DNA of 64,000 bases from an uncultured delta proteobacterium (GTDB lineage: Bacteria; Myxococcota_A; UBA9160; UBA4427): contig CAWGJT010000005.1 of NCBI GenBank assembly GCA_963822965.1, positions 1,568,001 to 1,632,000 of the forward strand, written 5' to 3'. The translations under genes were made by a program, and so were the position numbers. The notes under the pieces are model-generated. The model was given only the letters and a program-made list of their open reading frames with translations, searched no databases and was not told the DNA's origin. Positions 1 through 9,085 of the stretch are shown one piece after another. The stretch's first letter is position 1. Each line of letters opens with the position of its first letter.

Positions 1-450
1 GCCCAGGAAGAGGGCGTCCACCTGGCGCTGGGGGAACTCGTCCCCTTCCCGGAAGAACTGCGCGAGCCACCCGAACATGAACTGCGGCTCGGAGCCCACC
101 CAGACGCTGCCCGGCTCGGCACGGTGGCGGAAGTAGCTCCGCTGGAAGACGCGGGCGGCCAGCACGAACACCTCGCGGTCCGGCTCGCTCTGGGGGTACT
201 GGATGTGGATGAGGGCCAGGGAGCGATAGCCCCTCTCCGGCTGGTTCTGCTTCAGCTCGGCGACGGCGCGCTCGTAGAGCGCCTGGGCGTCGAGCCTCGC
301 TTCGCTGCAGGTGGGCTTCACCCCTTCCGGGGGAACGGCGACGAGCGTCTCCCCGGCGACCTCGGGACACGCCGACTCACCCGAGAGTGCGGCACAGCCG
401 ATCGACGTCACCAGCAGGAGGGGAAGCGCTCGCACGGTCATCGCCGTCAT
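1..450 (-). CDS. Hypothetical lipoprotein, partial (runs off the window start)
   Basis: Not in the ORF track. Manual translation from ATG 450 gives MTAMTVRALPLLLVTSIGCAALSGESACPEV...DALFLG with no stop, GC3-rich codons and a lipobox-like SIGC. ATGA overlap with the stop of the upstream gene (447-450). Confidence 0.7.
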   Translation of the reverse strand, partial: MTAMTVRALPLLLVTSIGCAALSGESACPEVAGETLVAVPPEGVKPTCSEARLDAQALYERAVAELKQNQPERGYRSLALIHIQYPQSEPDREVFVLAARVFQRSYFRHRAEPGSVWVGSEPQFMFGWLAQFFREGDEFPQRQVDALFLG

Positions 451-1244
451 CGCGCGGCCTGGCGGCTCTCACCGCCGAAGGCGGAATCGAGGGCGGCGGT
501 GAGCTCGGGCACGACGTCGGGGCTCCACCGGCCCTGGAAGAGCACCCTCCCTTCGTTCGTCTGGAGCAGCAGGGTGGGCATGGGCGTTCCGTCGGCGAGC
601 AGGGTGCTCGCATAGGCCTCCGAGAGGAAGTCGTAGACGAAGGGCACGCTCCAGCCGAGGGAGCGCAGCTGCTCGCGCGTCCCCGCGTCACGGTGCCGGC
701 CCTGGGGAAAGAGGATCGTCATCACGCCGTGGCGGTCCGAGAGCGGCGCAAGGGCGGCCGCCAGTGCCCCGAACTCCTCGCCGTCCGGATCGGCGAAGAC
801 GCACAGGAAGCCGGGGCGGTCGGCGCTGGCCGCGGGCGCGAGGGCGGACAGCTGCTGACCGGCAGAGTCGACGAGCCGGGTACCGATGGCCTCGGTGAAG
901 TTCGGAGCCGACTTCTCGAGCTCGCCTCGACGAATGCGGTCGGCCTGCTCGACCAGGTCCGTCTCGTCGACGGGGACCTCGTACTTGCCCGCCGAGCCGA
1001 AGTCGATGCGCGCCACGCCCGACGTCGCGACGCGGATCAGGACGCCGAGCGTGCCTGCACGGAGCGGCTTCTCGCGTCCCGCAGGCTGCCAGTCCTCCAC
1101 CAGGGAGACGCGGTAGGGCCAGAGGCGATCGGCGCTCGCGAGACTCGACGCGGTGAGCGTGTCGGCGGGTGCGGCGGGGCCGCCGGCCGTGACGGCGAGC
1201 AGCCACGGCTGGAGCAGGAGCAGGGCGACAAGGGCGCGCTTCAC
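447..1244 (-). CDS. Exported hypothetical protein with a C-terminal thioredoxin-like fold lacking CXXC
   Basis: GTG start gives the signal peptide VKRALVALLLLQPWLLAVTA. The C-terminal ...MPTLLLQTNEGRVLFQG resembles the cis-Pro/beta-hairpin of TlpA/redoxin folds (inference). Confidence 0.65.
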   Translation of the reverse strand: MKRALVALLLLQPWLLAVTAGGPAAPADTLTASSLASADRLWPYRVSLVEDWQPAGREKPLRAGTLGVLIRVATSGVARIDFGSAGKYEVPVDETDLVEQADRIRRGELEKSAPNFTEAIGTRLVDSAGQQLSALAPAASADRPGFLCVFADPDGEEFGALAAALAPLSDRHGVMTILFPQGRHRDAGTREQLRSLGWSVPFVYDFLSEAYASTLLADGTPMPTLLLQTNEGRVLFQGRWSPDVVPELTAALDSAFGGESRQAAR

Positions 1245-1296
1245 GTCGTAATCTTCCCGTCTCGATCGTGGCCGCGAGCACTTCCTGCCTGGAGGG

Positions 1297-1360
1297 GCTC
1301 GGGGAACGAAGGGGAGCCGCCACCCTCGAGCGGGTGGCGGCTCCGGTTCGTTTCCGAAGC
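1297..1360 (-). terminator. Long intergenic stem-loop downstream of the PEP-CTERM gene (terminator or mRNA stabiliser)
   Basis: Perfect 13-bp stem GGAGCCGCCACCC/GGGTGGCGGCTCC (1313-1344), extended by GCTCGGGGAACGAA/TTCGTTTCCGAAGC. No strong U-tract. Confidence 0.5.
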
Positions 1361-1365
1361 CAGGC

Positions 1366-2265
1366 TCAGGCGCGGCGCGGCAGGACCCTGAGACCCAGGA
1401 TTCCAGCGAGGAGCATGAGCACCATGCCGGGCTCCGGAACCGGAATCGCCGCGATGGCCACGTTGTCGATGATCGGCAGCTCTCCACCCGAGCCCGGGGT
1501 GAACCCCAGGCGCACGTAGCCCGTCGAGCTCGCACCCGGATCGAGGGGCATGCTGTAGCGCGTGTCCGCCGCCGTCAGCACCACCGAACCGAAGCTCGAG
1601 TAGGTGCTGCCGTCGGGCGAGAACTCGACCGTCACCGTGGTGCTGCACTCGCCGGCACCCACCGGGTCGCAGTCGAGCGCCCCACCGTCGTCCCCGCCGC
1701 CCGAGACCACCCGGCCGCCGAAGGAGACGGCCCAGCTCGCCGCGGCGTCCGGCGCCACGTCGGCCTCGAAGACCACCGCCACGCTGTTCGTCGCCTGCAT
1801 GGCGAGCAGGTTCTGGAAGGCCTGGCCTTCGGCCCGCAGGACGCCGTGAGCGTCGAACGAGGTGTGGCCGGGGGTGGCCCAGGGCGCGTCGCGGTTGGAC
1901 CGCACCGGGCCGTCCACGTTCGGTGCCGAGCACCCTTCCGGACCGCCGCTCCCGCCGACCGGCACGCGCTCGCAGTTCATCGAGCCGGCCGTGGGAAGGA
2001 AGTCCGTCGTGGTGGAGCTGGAACCGAACGATCCGTCGAAGTAGAGGGTCCCGATCGCGGCCGACTCGGCCCCTGCGTTGAACGTCGGATCGAGATCCGA
2101 GTAGTTCGCCGGCAGGGTGTCGGTGAACGGGGCCAGGCTTCCGTCGCCGCGGTACTGGGAGAAGTCCCAGCCCGCGACCGTCTCCGCTCCCGCCGTCGAG
2201 GCCCCCAGAACGAGGAGGGCCGAGACGGCGACGAGCGAAGCCTTTGCGCGCAGTCTGTTTCTCAT
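1366..2265 (-). CDS. PEP-CTERM sorting domain surface protein
   Basis: ATG 2265 with AAGGAG RBS. Signal peptide MRNRLRAKASLVAVSALLVLGASTAGA. C-terminus VPEPGMVLMLLAGILGLRVLPRRA is PEP + TM helix + basic tail. Confidence 0.9.
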   Translation of the reverse strand: MRNRLRAKASLVAVSALLVLGASTAGAETVAGWDFSQYRGDGSLAPFTDTLPANYSDLDPTFNAGAESAAIGTLYFDGSFGSSSTTTDFLPTAGSMNCERVPVGGSGGPEGCSAPNVDGPVRSNRDAPWATPGHTSFDAHGVLRAEGQAFQNLLAMQATNSVAVVFEADVAPDAAASWAVSFGGRVVSGGGDDGGALDCDPVGAGECSTTVTVEFSPDGSTYSSFGSVVLTAADTRYSMPLDPGASSTGYVRLGFTPGSGGELPIIDNVAIAAIPVPEPGMVLMLLAGILGLRVLPRRA

Positions 2266-2306
2266 GGGAAAGAGCTCCTTGGCAGGGGCGTTCGCCCGTG
2301 CGCCGT

Positions 2307-4112
2307 TCAGTCCGCGAGCTGGCCCGCGAGGTTGAGAGCCGTCCAGCCGGTGGTCCAGAGCGGAGCCGGTCCGGCCGGGAAGGCGCCCCGATAGGTCGCC
2401 GCGCGATCGAGCCCCTTGACCTTCGGGGTCACCCCGCAGTCCGCCCCCGCGCCCGCCGGGCGCGGATCGTAGGGCGTGCCACCGAACGTCTTGCCGTCGA
2501 AGCCGACGGGGTTCTCCTGCACGAGGCCCGCGAAGCCACCGCCCGTGGCGCGGATGTTCGCGCTGCAGGCGAGACCGGTGTCGAAGAGCGCGTAGGCGTC
2601 GCCGTTGTCCGCCACGCCTTCGGCGTTCGTGGCGCCCGCGGCAAGCGCCGCCGAGCCGTCGCAGGAGGTCGCGATCAGCCGGACGAGATCGTCCGCGGCG
2701 TGATCCACCACGTCGTTGTTCGTGGTCGACTCCCCCACGCCGGTGTCGATGGCGAGGCAGGGGTTGCCGACGTTCACCAGCGCGCTGTTGACCACCTGGC
2801 CCGCGAAGCCGTGGCGCATCTGCACGCCGGTATTCGCCGAGGCCGCCGAGACGGCCGGGTTCGTGATGTCCGGCACCGAGCCGATGCTGGTGTAGTTGGA
2901 GATGTAGGCGGCGGAGAGCGGCCACGGGGTGCTGTCGGTCGCGTCGTTGGCCTGGGCCCGCGGATCGAGCGGGAACACCGTGGCGGAGTAGGCCGTGCGG
3001 ACGTTGACGTCGAAGTCCGGCTGGCCCGGATCCCGGTTGTAGTCGTCGCCGTCGAGCTCGGCCATCTTGTCGCCGGAAGCGGAGCCGAAGGGCGCGCCCG
3101 AGTCCTGGTTGAAGAAGGGCATGATGCTGAACGCGAACTGGATGGAGCCGGTGTAGCCGTCGTCGATGTCCAGCTGGTCGTCGCCCGCGTAGGCCACCAC
3201 CAGGTGGTTCGGGCTCACGGTGCCGCCGAAGAACTCGAAGCCGTCGTCGAAGTTCGCGTACACCTCGACGTACTCGACGATGGTGGCGTCGCCGATGCCG
3301 CACAGGGTGACGCCGTTCAGCTCGTTGCCGTTGCCGATCTCGTCGCCGGCGTGCCGGACCGAGACGTAGCGGAGCACGCCCGAGCTGTCGTGGGGCTCCT
3401 TGCCGCCGCACTGGGCGTCGGTGAAGTCGAAGCCCGGAAGCGTCAGGCCCTCGACCAGCAGGTGCCCGATGCCGCCGGGCGCATTGTACTGGTTGGCCAC
3501 GTTGATGGGCGCCTGGCCCAGCAGCACGAGACCGCCCCACTGGGAGAGGTTGGCGCTGCCGTCGGACGCCAGCGGGGGCAGCGGGGAGCCCAGGGGATCG
3601 GCGTCGCAGAACGTGGCGTTCGCCGCGGTCTCGGGCGTCGAGCAGGTGCCGCCGGCGATGCAGCCCGCGAGGTCCTGGTAGCCGGGATGCGGGTCGAAGA
3701 AGCCGTCGCCGTTGCCGTCGTCGCACACGCCGTCGCCGTTGTTGTCCACGGCGGCGGTGGTCATGATGATCGGGTTGTTGGCGGTGCCTTCCGCGATGAT
3801 GCGGGCGTCCTGGGTGATGAGGAGCGCGCCGGGCGTGCCCGCGACCGTTCCGGCGACCGCGCGCCGCGGCTGTCCGCGCACCACGGTGCCGGGCAGGATC
3901 GTGAGGGTGACGCCGTCCTGCACGAAGACCGGCGCCTCGAGGCAGATCGGGCTCGGGTTGGCCGCGCCGCCCCAGGTCGTGTCGACGTTGATGCTGTCCT
4001 GCACGGCGTCGTTGACGCCGACGATCGTGCCGCAGGGCTGCGCGCTGGCGGTGCCGGCGAAGCCAGCGGCTGCCAGCAGCAGCGCAGAAGTGATCGCGAG
4101 AGACTTTCGCAT
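2307..4112 (-). CDS. Secreted right-handed beta-helix-like protein of the family typically encoded next to TonB-dependent receptors
   Basis: Signal peptide; motifs LTILPGTVVRG, WGGLVLLGQAPIN, DSSGVLRYVSVRHAG, NELNGVTL, DDGFEFFGGTV, GDDQLDIDDGYTG, YRGAF..WTTGW. Confidence 0.8.
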   Translation of the reverse strand: MRKSLAITSALLLAAAGFAGTASAQPCGTIVGVNDAVQDSINVDTTWGGAANPSPICLEAPVFVQDGVTLTILPGTVVRGQPRRAVAGTVAGTPGALLITQDARIIAEGTANNPIIMTTAAVDNNGDGVCDDGNGDGFFDPHPGYQDLAGCIAGGTCSTPETAANATFCDADPLGSPLPPLASDGSANLSQWGGLVLLGQAPINVANQYNAPGGIGHLLVEGLTLPGFDFTDAQCGGKEPHDSSGVLRYVSVRHAGDEIGNGNELNGVTLCGIGDATIVEYVEVYANFDDGFEFFGGTVSPNHLVVAYAGDDQLDIDDGYTGSIQFAFSIMPFFNQDSGAPFGSASGDKMAELDGDDYNRDPGQPDFDVNVRTAYSATVFPLDPRAQANDATDSTPWPLSAAYISNYTSIGSVPDITNPAVSAASANTGVQMRHGFAGQVVNSALVNVGNPCLAIDTGVGESTTNNDVVDHAADDLVRLIATSCDGSAALAAGATNAEGVADNGDAYALFDTGLACSANIRATGGGFAGLVQENPVGFDGKTFGGTPYDPRPAGAGADCGVTPKVKGLDRAATYRGAFPAGPAPLWTTGWTALNLAGQLAD

Positions 4113-4219
4113 GCTTGATTACCCCGTCCTTCTTCCGTGGTGTACCCCCAAGGGGGGGCGTCGGTGGATTCCGGTTGCGCAAGGCCGGCGGGGACGCCGG
4201 TCCCTGCTGGACGGGCGGC

Positions 4220-4262
4220 ATCATGGCAGGACGGAATTACCGCGGCGTTCCACTCCCGTTAC
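4220..4262 (-). promoter_or_regulatory. Pho-box-like 11-bp phased half-sites plus a -10-like hexamer upstream of the beta-helix gene
   Basis: Minus strand reads GTAAC-N6-GGAAC-N6-GTAAT (half-sites begin at 4262, 4251, 4240), then 10 bp, then CATGAT. Confidence 0.45.
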
Positions 4263-4279
4263 GTTCTCGTGCGGTCGCG

Positions 4280-7200
4280 TCAGAACGCGTACTTGAGCTC
4301 GACGGTGTAGTCCCGACCGACCTTGTACTGACGCTCCTTGATCTTCTGTGTCGTCTGCTCGGGGTCGTAGAGGATGCTGCGCTTGCTGTCGGTCAGGTTC
4401 TTCGCCGTGAGCTTGATCGACAGCCCCTTCCAGAGCCTCTGGCTCACGATCAGGTCCAGCTGGCCGTACGAGCCCACGTACTGGTCCAGGGTGAACGACG
4501 TGATCTGGCCCGCCTGGTTGGGCGTCGCCACCCCGGCGGCGTCGAGCACGTCGGAGATGCCGAAGAACGCGAGCGTCGCCCGGGTGCCCCAGTCCGGCTG
4601 GTCGAAGGTGACATCCGCGTTCACGATCCACTCGGGCTGGCCATAGAGCCGGCGGCTCTGCTTCAGGCCGTCGAAGCGAGCGCCGCTCACCAGGTCGGTC
4701 CGGCCGAAGAAGGCCGTCGATCGCTCGAGCTCGGCGTCGCTGCGGTCGACCTGGGCGTCGATCCAGGTGAAGTTGCCGCCCAGGGAGAGGTAGTCGAGGA
4801 AGCCGAGACCCTTCGCGCCGAAGGAGAGGAAGCCCAGGTTCTTGCGGCCCTCCACCTCGATTCCCCAGAGCTTCGCCTCGCTCGGGTTGTTGAAGAACGT
4901 GCGGAACTGGGACGTCGACGACCCGTCGAAGTCCGTCGGGTCGCGCACCACGATCTGCTCGATGGGATCCTGGATGGTCTTGTAGAAGCCGCTGAACGCG
5001 AAGAGGTCCCCGACGTCCCCCCACACCACCTCGAGCCGGCCGTCGAAGCTCTCCACGTCCGAGAGCCCCAGACGGGGGTTGCCGATGGTGAGATCGTCGG
5101 TTCCGGGCTCGACGGACACGTAGTAGCCGATCTCGCGGAACGAGGGCCTTGCCACGGTCTGCGAGTAGGCCCCACGCAGGGTCAACCAGTCGAACGGGCG
5201 GAAGGCGATCCCGGCGGACGGCAGGGCCCGATTCTCGTCGATCTTGCCGTTCACCGCACCCTGGATCTCCGACGAATCGATCAGATCCACGCACTGCCCG
5301 CTGCCGTACTGGCCGGCCGGGATGACGTTGCCGGCCGTGTCGCGACAGGGACCGACGGACGGGTCGAGTCCCAGGATCTCGTCGTTGTACGGAGGCGGAC
5401 GCTTGAACTCGCGGACGGAGTTGTCGAGCCGGTCGAGGAAGAGATACTTGGTGGGAAAGATGAGCGGCGTCTGGTCGAACGCGAAGCCCGGGGTGAAGGG
5501 ATCGTTCTTCGACTCGATCAGGATGTTCTCGAGCCGGACCCCGCCCAGGAGATCCAGCCATTCCCAGAGCGTCGCCTTCACGCCCAGGTTCCACGCCGCG
5601 ATCTCGCGCTTCGATTCGTTCTTCGTCGTGATGAGCCCCGAAAGGGACCCATCCGCGCCGCGATTCAGCGCCGTTCCGAAGATCTTCCTGCCGAGCTCTT
5701 CCGGGGTATCGGCGAAGATCGCGAACTGCGTGCCGCTGCCGACGCACCCCTCGGCGACCGTGCAGCCGGCGATCGTCGTGGACTCGGCCTTGAGGAAGTC
5801 GGAGGTGACGTTGCGCTTGGCGTGCTCGTACCAGATGCCGGTGGTCACCTTGCCGGCGAGCCAATCGAGGAGGTCCCGCTCGTACTCCCCGTCGGCGCGG
5901 CCGAAGTACTGATCCTCGTCGATGGAGTTGCTGCTCGAGAGGAGCCCCTTGGCGGCGAGATACTTGCCCGGGCCGAGATCCGCCGGATCCACGGGAAACA
6001 CCGTTGGCAGGCCGCCGGGAATCTGATTGATGGGAGTGACCCCGGCCGGACACCCAAGCGCGGTGAGGGTGGTGAGCCCGCACGGCTCGAACCAGATGCG
6101 CGCCCCGAGAGCCTCGTCATCCTGGGAGGTGGTCGCGTAGTTCGCCGCCCAGGTGAGCTTCAGACCGTCCACCCGAGCGATCTCGTGCTCCCCGTTCACC
6201 TGCGTGATGAAGAGGTCGCGGCGGACCTTGAACGACTGGTCCTCCTGGAAGCTCGAGGCCCAGGGCGCGCCCCGGGTCACCGTTTCGGCCAGAGAGACCC
6301 GGATCGACCTCGCGATCCAGGAGTTCTCCGTCGCGACCTGCCCCGGCACGTAGGGCGGGCTCGAACCGTCGAAGACGTTGAAGTCGATCTCCTCTCCGTC
6401 GGCCTCGAGCTGCGGCAGGATGCCGTAGTCGAAGCTCGGGAGATAGCCGTCTTCCCGGAGCTGCACGGTCTTCTCGTGCGCACGCGTCCAGAAGACCGAG
6501 GCGTCGATCTTGTGGTTGCCGGCCTCGTCGAGATCGAATCCGAAGCCGCCGAAGAGGGTGAGCCGCTCGTCGTAGGCGCTGGTGGTGAGGTCGAAGCGGC
6601 CCTTGGTGAGGCTGAGCTCACCGAAGGCGAGATCGCCGGCGGGAAAGTGCGACGAGGCTCCGAAGCGAGCGGGCTGGCGCCCCTCCTGGAAGCCCTTCGC
6701 GGTGTCGTAGTCGCTCTGCCAGTTGACGACCGCCTTGTAGCGAACCTCGCGCTTCCAGAAGTCCTTGCGGCCGCCGAGCGCCGCCGAGACCTCGCCGTAG
6801 ATCGTGTCGGTGCCGTCGACCTCCTTGCCCACCGGAGAGCCCCCCTGGTACTTCAGGAAGCGGTCCCAGGCGTTCTCGTTGATCCCCCCCTTGGCGCTCA
6901 CGGTGAACGAGAACGGCTCTTCGGGGTACTGGTGGGTGACGATGTCGATCGACCCGCCGGCGGAGTTGCTCGGCAGCTCCGGCGCGAACGTCTTCGTGAC
7001 CACCAGGTTGTTCACGATCTCCGACGGAAACAGGTCCAGCGGAACCGACTGGCGGTCGGGGTCGGGGCTCGGCACGGGCGCGCCGTTGTAGAGCGTGCTG
7101 CTGTAGCGGTCTTCGAGACCCCGGATGATGGCGAACTGTCCCTCCACCACGTTCACGCCGGCGACCCGCTTGAGCGCATCGGCGACGTCACCGGAGGCGT

Positions 7201-7810
7201 ACTTGGAGAGGTCCTCGGCGCTCATGATGTTGAGCATCTGGTCCGACTCCATGCGGATGTCCAGGGCGTCCATCATCTCGCCCACCGTGGACGCCTCCAC
7301 CACGTACTCGTCGAGCTGGAGCACCTGGTCGGAGGTGCCGGTGGGGACCGGCGGCAGCGGGAAGTCCGCGGGGTTCACCACCCCGGCGCGGACCTCGAAG
7401 TTCTTCATCGCCGAGGTGCGGTAGCCCGCCTTGACGAAGCTCAGGTCGTAGCGTCCGGGCGGAATCGAGGGGAGCTCGTAGAAGCCCGCGCCGTCGGTGA
7501 TCGCGATCTCCTGGTGGGGCTCGCCGGGACCCTCCTGGGGCCACACGACGATCACCGTCACGCCCCGCACCGGCGTGCCCTGCTCTCCGTCGAAGACGCG
7601 CCCCTGGATGCTTCCCTCGCCTTCCTTCTGTCCCTCGGGCACGTCCCCCACCGCCTTTGCGGTGCCCAGGTTTCCGAGCACGTCGTCGAGGTCGTCCTGC
7701 GCCCGGGCGAGACGGAGGGGCAGGATCGTCGACAGGACGAGCAGGAAGCAGAAGACGAGCTTCGGCCACGCCGCGGCGCCGGAGGGGGATCGCTGGCGAT
7801 CTGTGCTCAT
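4280..7810 (-). CDS. TonB-dependent receptor with an N-terminal carboxypeptidase-regulatory-like domain
   Basis: Signal peptide; GSIQGRVFD...TDGAGFYELPSIPPGRYDL domain; plug motifs DVADALKRVAGV, IRGLEDRYS, VPLDLFPS, GGSIDI; barrel motifs RGAYSQTVARPSFRE, GNPRL, KNLTD; terminal Phe (ELKYAF). Confidence 0.95.
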   Translation of the reverse strand: MSTDRQRSPSGAAAWPKLVFCFLLVLSTILPLRLARAQDDLDDVLGNLGTAKAVGDVPEGQKEGEGSIQGRVFDGEQGTPVRGVTVIVVWPQEGPGEPHQEIAITDGAGFYELPSIPPGRYDLSFVKAGYRTSAMKNFEVRAGVVNPADFPLPPVPTGTSDQVLQLDEYVVEASTVGEMMDALDIRMESDQMLNIMSAEDLSKYASGDVADALKRVAGVNVVEGQFAIIRGLEDRYSSTLYNGAPVPSPDPDRQSVPLDLFPSEIVNNLVVTKTFAPELPSNSAGGSIDIVTHQYPEEPFSFTVSAKGGINENAWDRFLKYQGGSPVGKEVDGTDTIYGEVSAALGGRKDFWKREVRYKAVVNWQSDYDTAKGFQEGRQPARFGASSHFPAGDLAFGELSLTKGRFDLTTSAYDERLTLFGGFGFDLDEAGNHKIDASVFWTRAHEKTVQLREDGYLPSFDYGILPQLEADGEEIDFNVFDGSSPPYVPGQVATENSWIARSIRVSLAETVTRGAPWASSFQEDQSFKVRRDLFITQVNGEHEIARVDGLKLTWAANYATTSQDDEALGARIWFEPCGLTTLTALGCPAGVTPINQIPGGLPTVFPVDPADLGPGKYLAAKGLLSSSNSIDEDQYFGRADGEYERDLLDWLAGKVTTGIWYEHAKRNVTSDFLKAESTTIAGCTVAEGCVGSGTQFAIFADTPEELGRKIFGTALNRGADGSLSGLITTKNESKREIAAWNLGVKATLWEWLDLLGGVRLENILIESKNDPFTPGFAFDQTPLIFPTKYLFLDRLDNSVREFKRPPPYNDEILGLDPSVGPCRDTAGNVIPAGQYGSGQCVDLIDSSEIQGAVNGKIDENRALPSAGIAFRPFDWLTLRGAYSQTVARPSFREIGYYVSVEPGTDDLTIGNPRLGLSDVESFDGRLEVVWGDVGDLFAFSGFYKTIQDPIEQIVVRDPTDFDGSSTSQFRTFFNNPSEAKLWGIEVEGRKNLGFLSFGAKGLGFLDYLSLGGNFTWIDAQVDRSDAELERSTAFFGRTDLVSGARFDGLKQSRRLYGQPEWIVNADVTFDQPDWGTRATLAFFGISDVLDAAGVATPNQAGQITSFTLDQYVGSYGQLDLIVSQRLWKGLSIKLTAKNLTDSKRSILYDPEQTTQKIKERQYKVGRDYTVELKYAF

Positions 7811-8232
7811 GTGGCGTGAAGTGGGCCCGACGAGTGCTGTGGAATCACCGACACCGAAACGCGATCGTCACGATTTCAGGCCGGCCGGGGGGGCGAGTCA
7901 GCGAAGGACGCCGTTGCGGCGCCTACGGTAGTCGTCGCCGGTAGGCATCCGCTCGACGAGTCATTGACAAGCGCAGGGCAATTTCGTGACGGCCGACGGC
8001 GGACGCAGGCCGCACGGTTTCGCCGCATGCAGCCCGGAAGTTCGTTGCGTGAACGTCACGCTTTCGTAGCGCAAAGGTGAGCGCGCCGGCCGCTATCGAG
8101 ACGTCTTGTTTCGGTACGATGTCGGCGCTCACGAGCATTCCCCCTCCCCGACGAAGAACGCTGACGCATAGAGACGCCAGAAGTGCGGACCGCCTCACCC
8201 GGACGAGCCCGCGGACGAGCAGGCAGAAGACC

Positions 8233-9081
8233 ATGCAGACGCAGAGCCACCCCCTTTTCCGTTTCGCCTCGACGGGCCTCGGCGCGCTGGCGGCGGGTCT
8301 CACCGTCGCGATCGCCTCGCTGCCCTCGGTCTCCGGGGCCTCGACCTCGGCCGGCGGCCAGGCGGTGGGGGACTTCCGCGCCAAGATGGAGAAGTGGGTC
8401 GAGACGCGGCAGATCCTCTCGGAGGAGAAGTCCGACTGGCAGGTCGAGCAGGAGTCCCTGCGCGCCACCCGCGACCTGCTGAACCAGGAGAAGAAGGCGC
8501 TCGAGGCGGAGATCCAGGAGCTCGAGGCCTCCAACACCCAGTCCGACGACGAGCGGCGCGACCTGCTGCTCGAGCGCGGCGACTTCCAGCGCAGCGACCT
8601 GGCCCTGGCGGAGAGGATCCGCGGCATGGAGGAGCAGGCGCTGGCCGTCGTCCCCCGGCTTCCGGAGCCGCTGCAGCGGAAGCTGCAGCCGCTGCTGGTG
8701 CAGATCCCCGACGACCCCGAGACCACGCGGCTGCAGCTCGGCCAGCGCCTGATGAACGTCCTCGGCCTGCTCGCGCAAGCCGAGAAGTGGAATGGCACCG
8801 CCACCTTCGTGGGGGAGACCCGCGCGGTGGAGGGCGACCAGAAGGTGCAGGTCCGGACCCTCTACTGGGGGCTCGGACAGGCCATCTACGTGGACGCCCG
8901 GGGACACACGGCCGGCATCGGGCACCCGGGGCCGGCCGGGTGGGAGTTCACGAACGATCCCGACCTCGTGGCACCCGCGCGGCGCCTCCTCGACATCTAC
9001 GAGGGCAACTCGGACGCCATCGAGTTCGTCCCGCTTCCGGTCTCGATCGACGCACCGGAAACCGCCCACGGTGAAGACTGA
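8233..9081 (+). CDS. DUF3450 family periplasmic coiled-coil protein (TtpB-like accessory of TtpC-type TonB systems)
   Basis: Signal-like N-terminus, long coiled coil, C-terminal VQVRTLYWGLGQAIYV...W motif; first gene of the exbB/exbD/tonB operon. Confidence 0.75.
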   Translation: MQTQSHPLFRFASTGLGALAAGLTVAIASLPSVSGASTSAGGQAVGDFRAKMEKWVETRQILSEEKSDWQVEQESLRATRDLLNQEKKALEAEIQELEASNTQSDDERRDLLLERGDFQRSDLALAERIRGMEEQALAVVPRLPEPLQRKLQPLLVQIPDDPETTRLQLGQRLMNVLGLLAQAEKWNGTATFVGETRAVEGDQKVQVRTLYWGLGQAIYVDARGHTAGIGHPGPAGWEFTNDPDLVAPARRLLDIYEGNSDAIEFVPLPVSIDAPETAHGED

Positions 9082-9085
9082 CCTC

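Noticed and set aside
1366..4224. 952-aa ORF as one giant PEP-CTERM protein
   Set aside because: The first ~650 aa are Arg/Pro-rich off-frame translation over the beta-helix gene. The real start is ATG 2265 with an RBS and signal peptide.
4115..7819. 1234-aa plus-strand ORF and similar long antisense ORFs (e.g. 56673-60605, 30494-33256, 2244-4118)
   Set aside because: Shadow ORFs opposite well-supported genes. High GC suppresses stops, and the translations lack recognisable motifs.
7964..7992. TTGACA as a sigma70 -35 element for the Ton operon
   Set aside because: No credible -10 hexamer 16-18 bp downstream. It fits better as a TGTCAA half-site on the minus strand.
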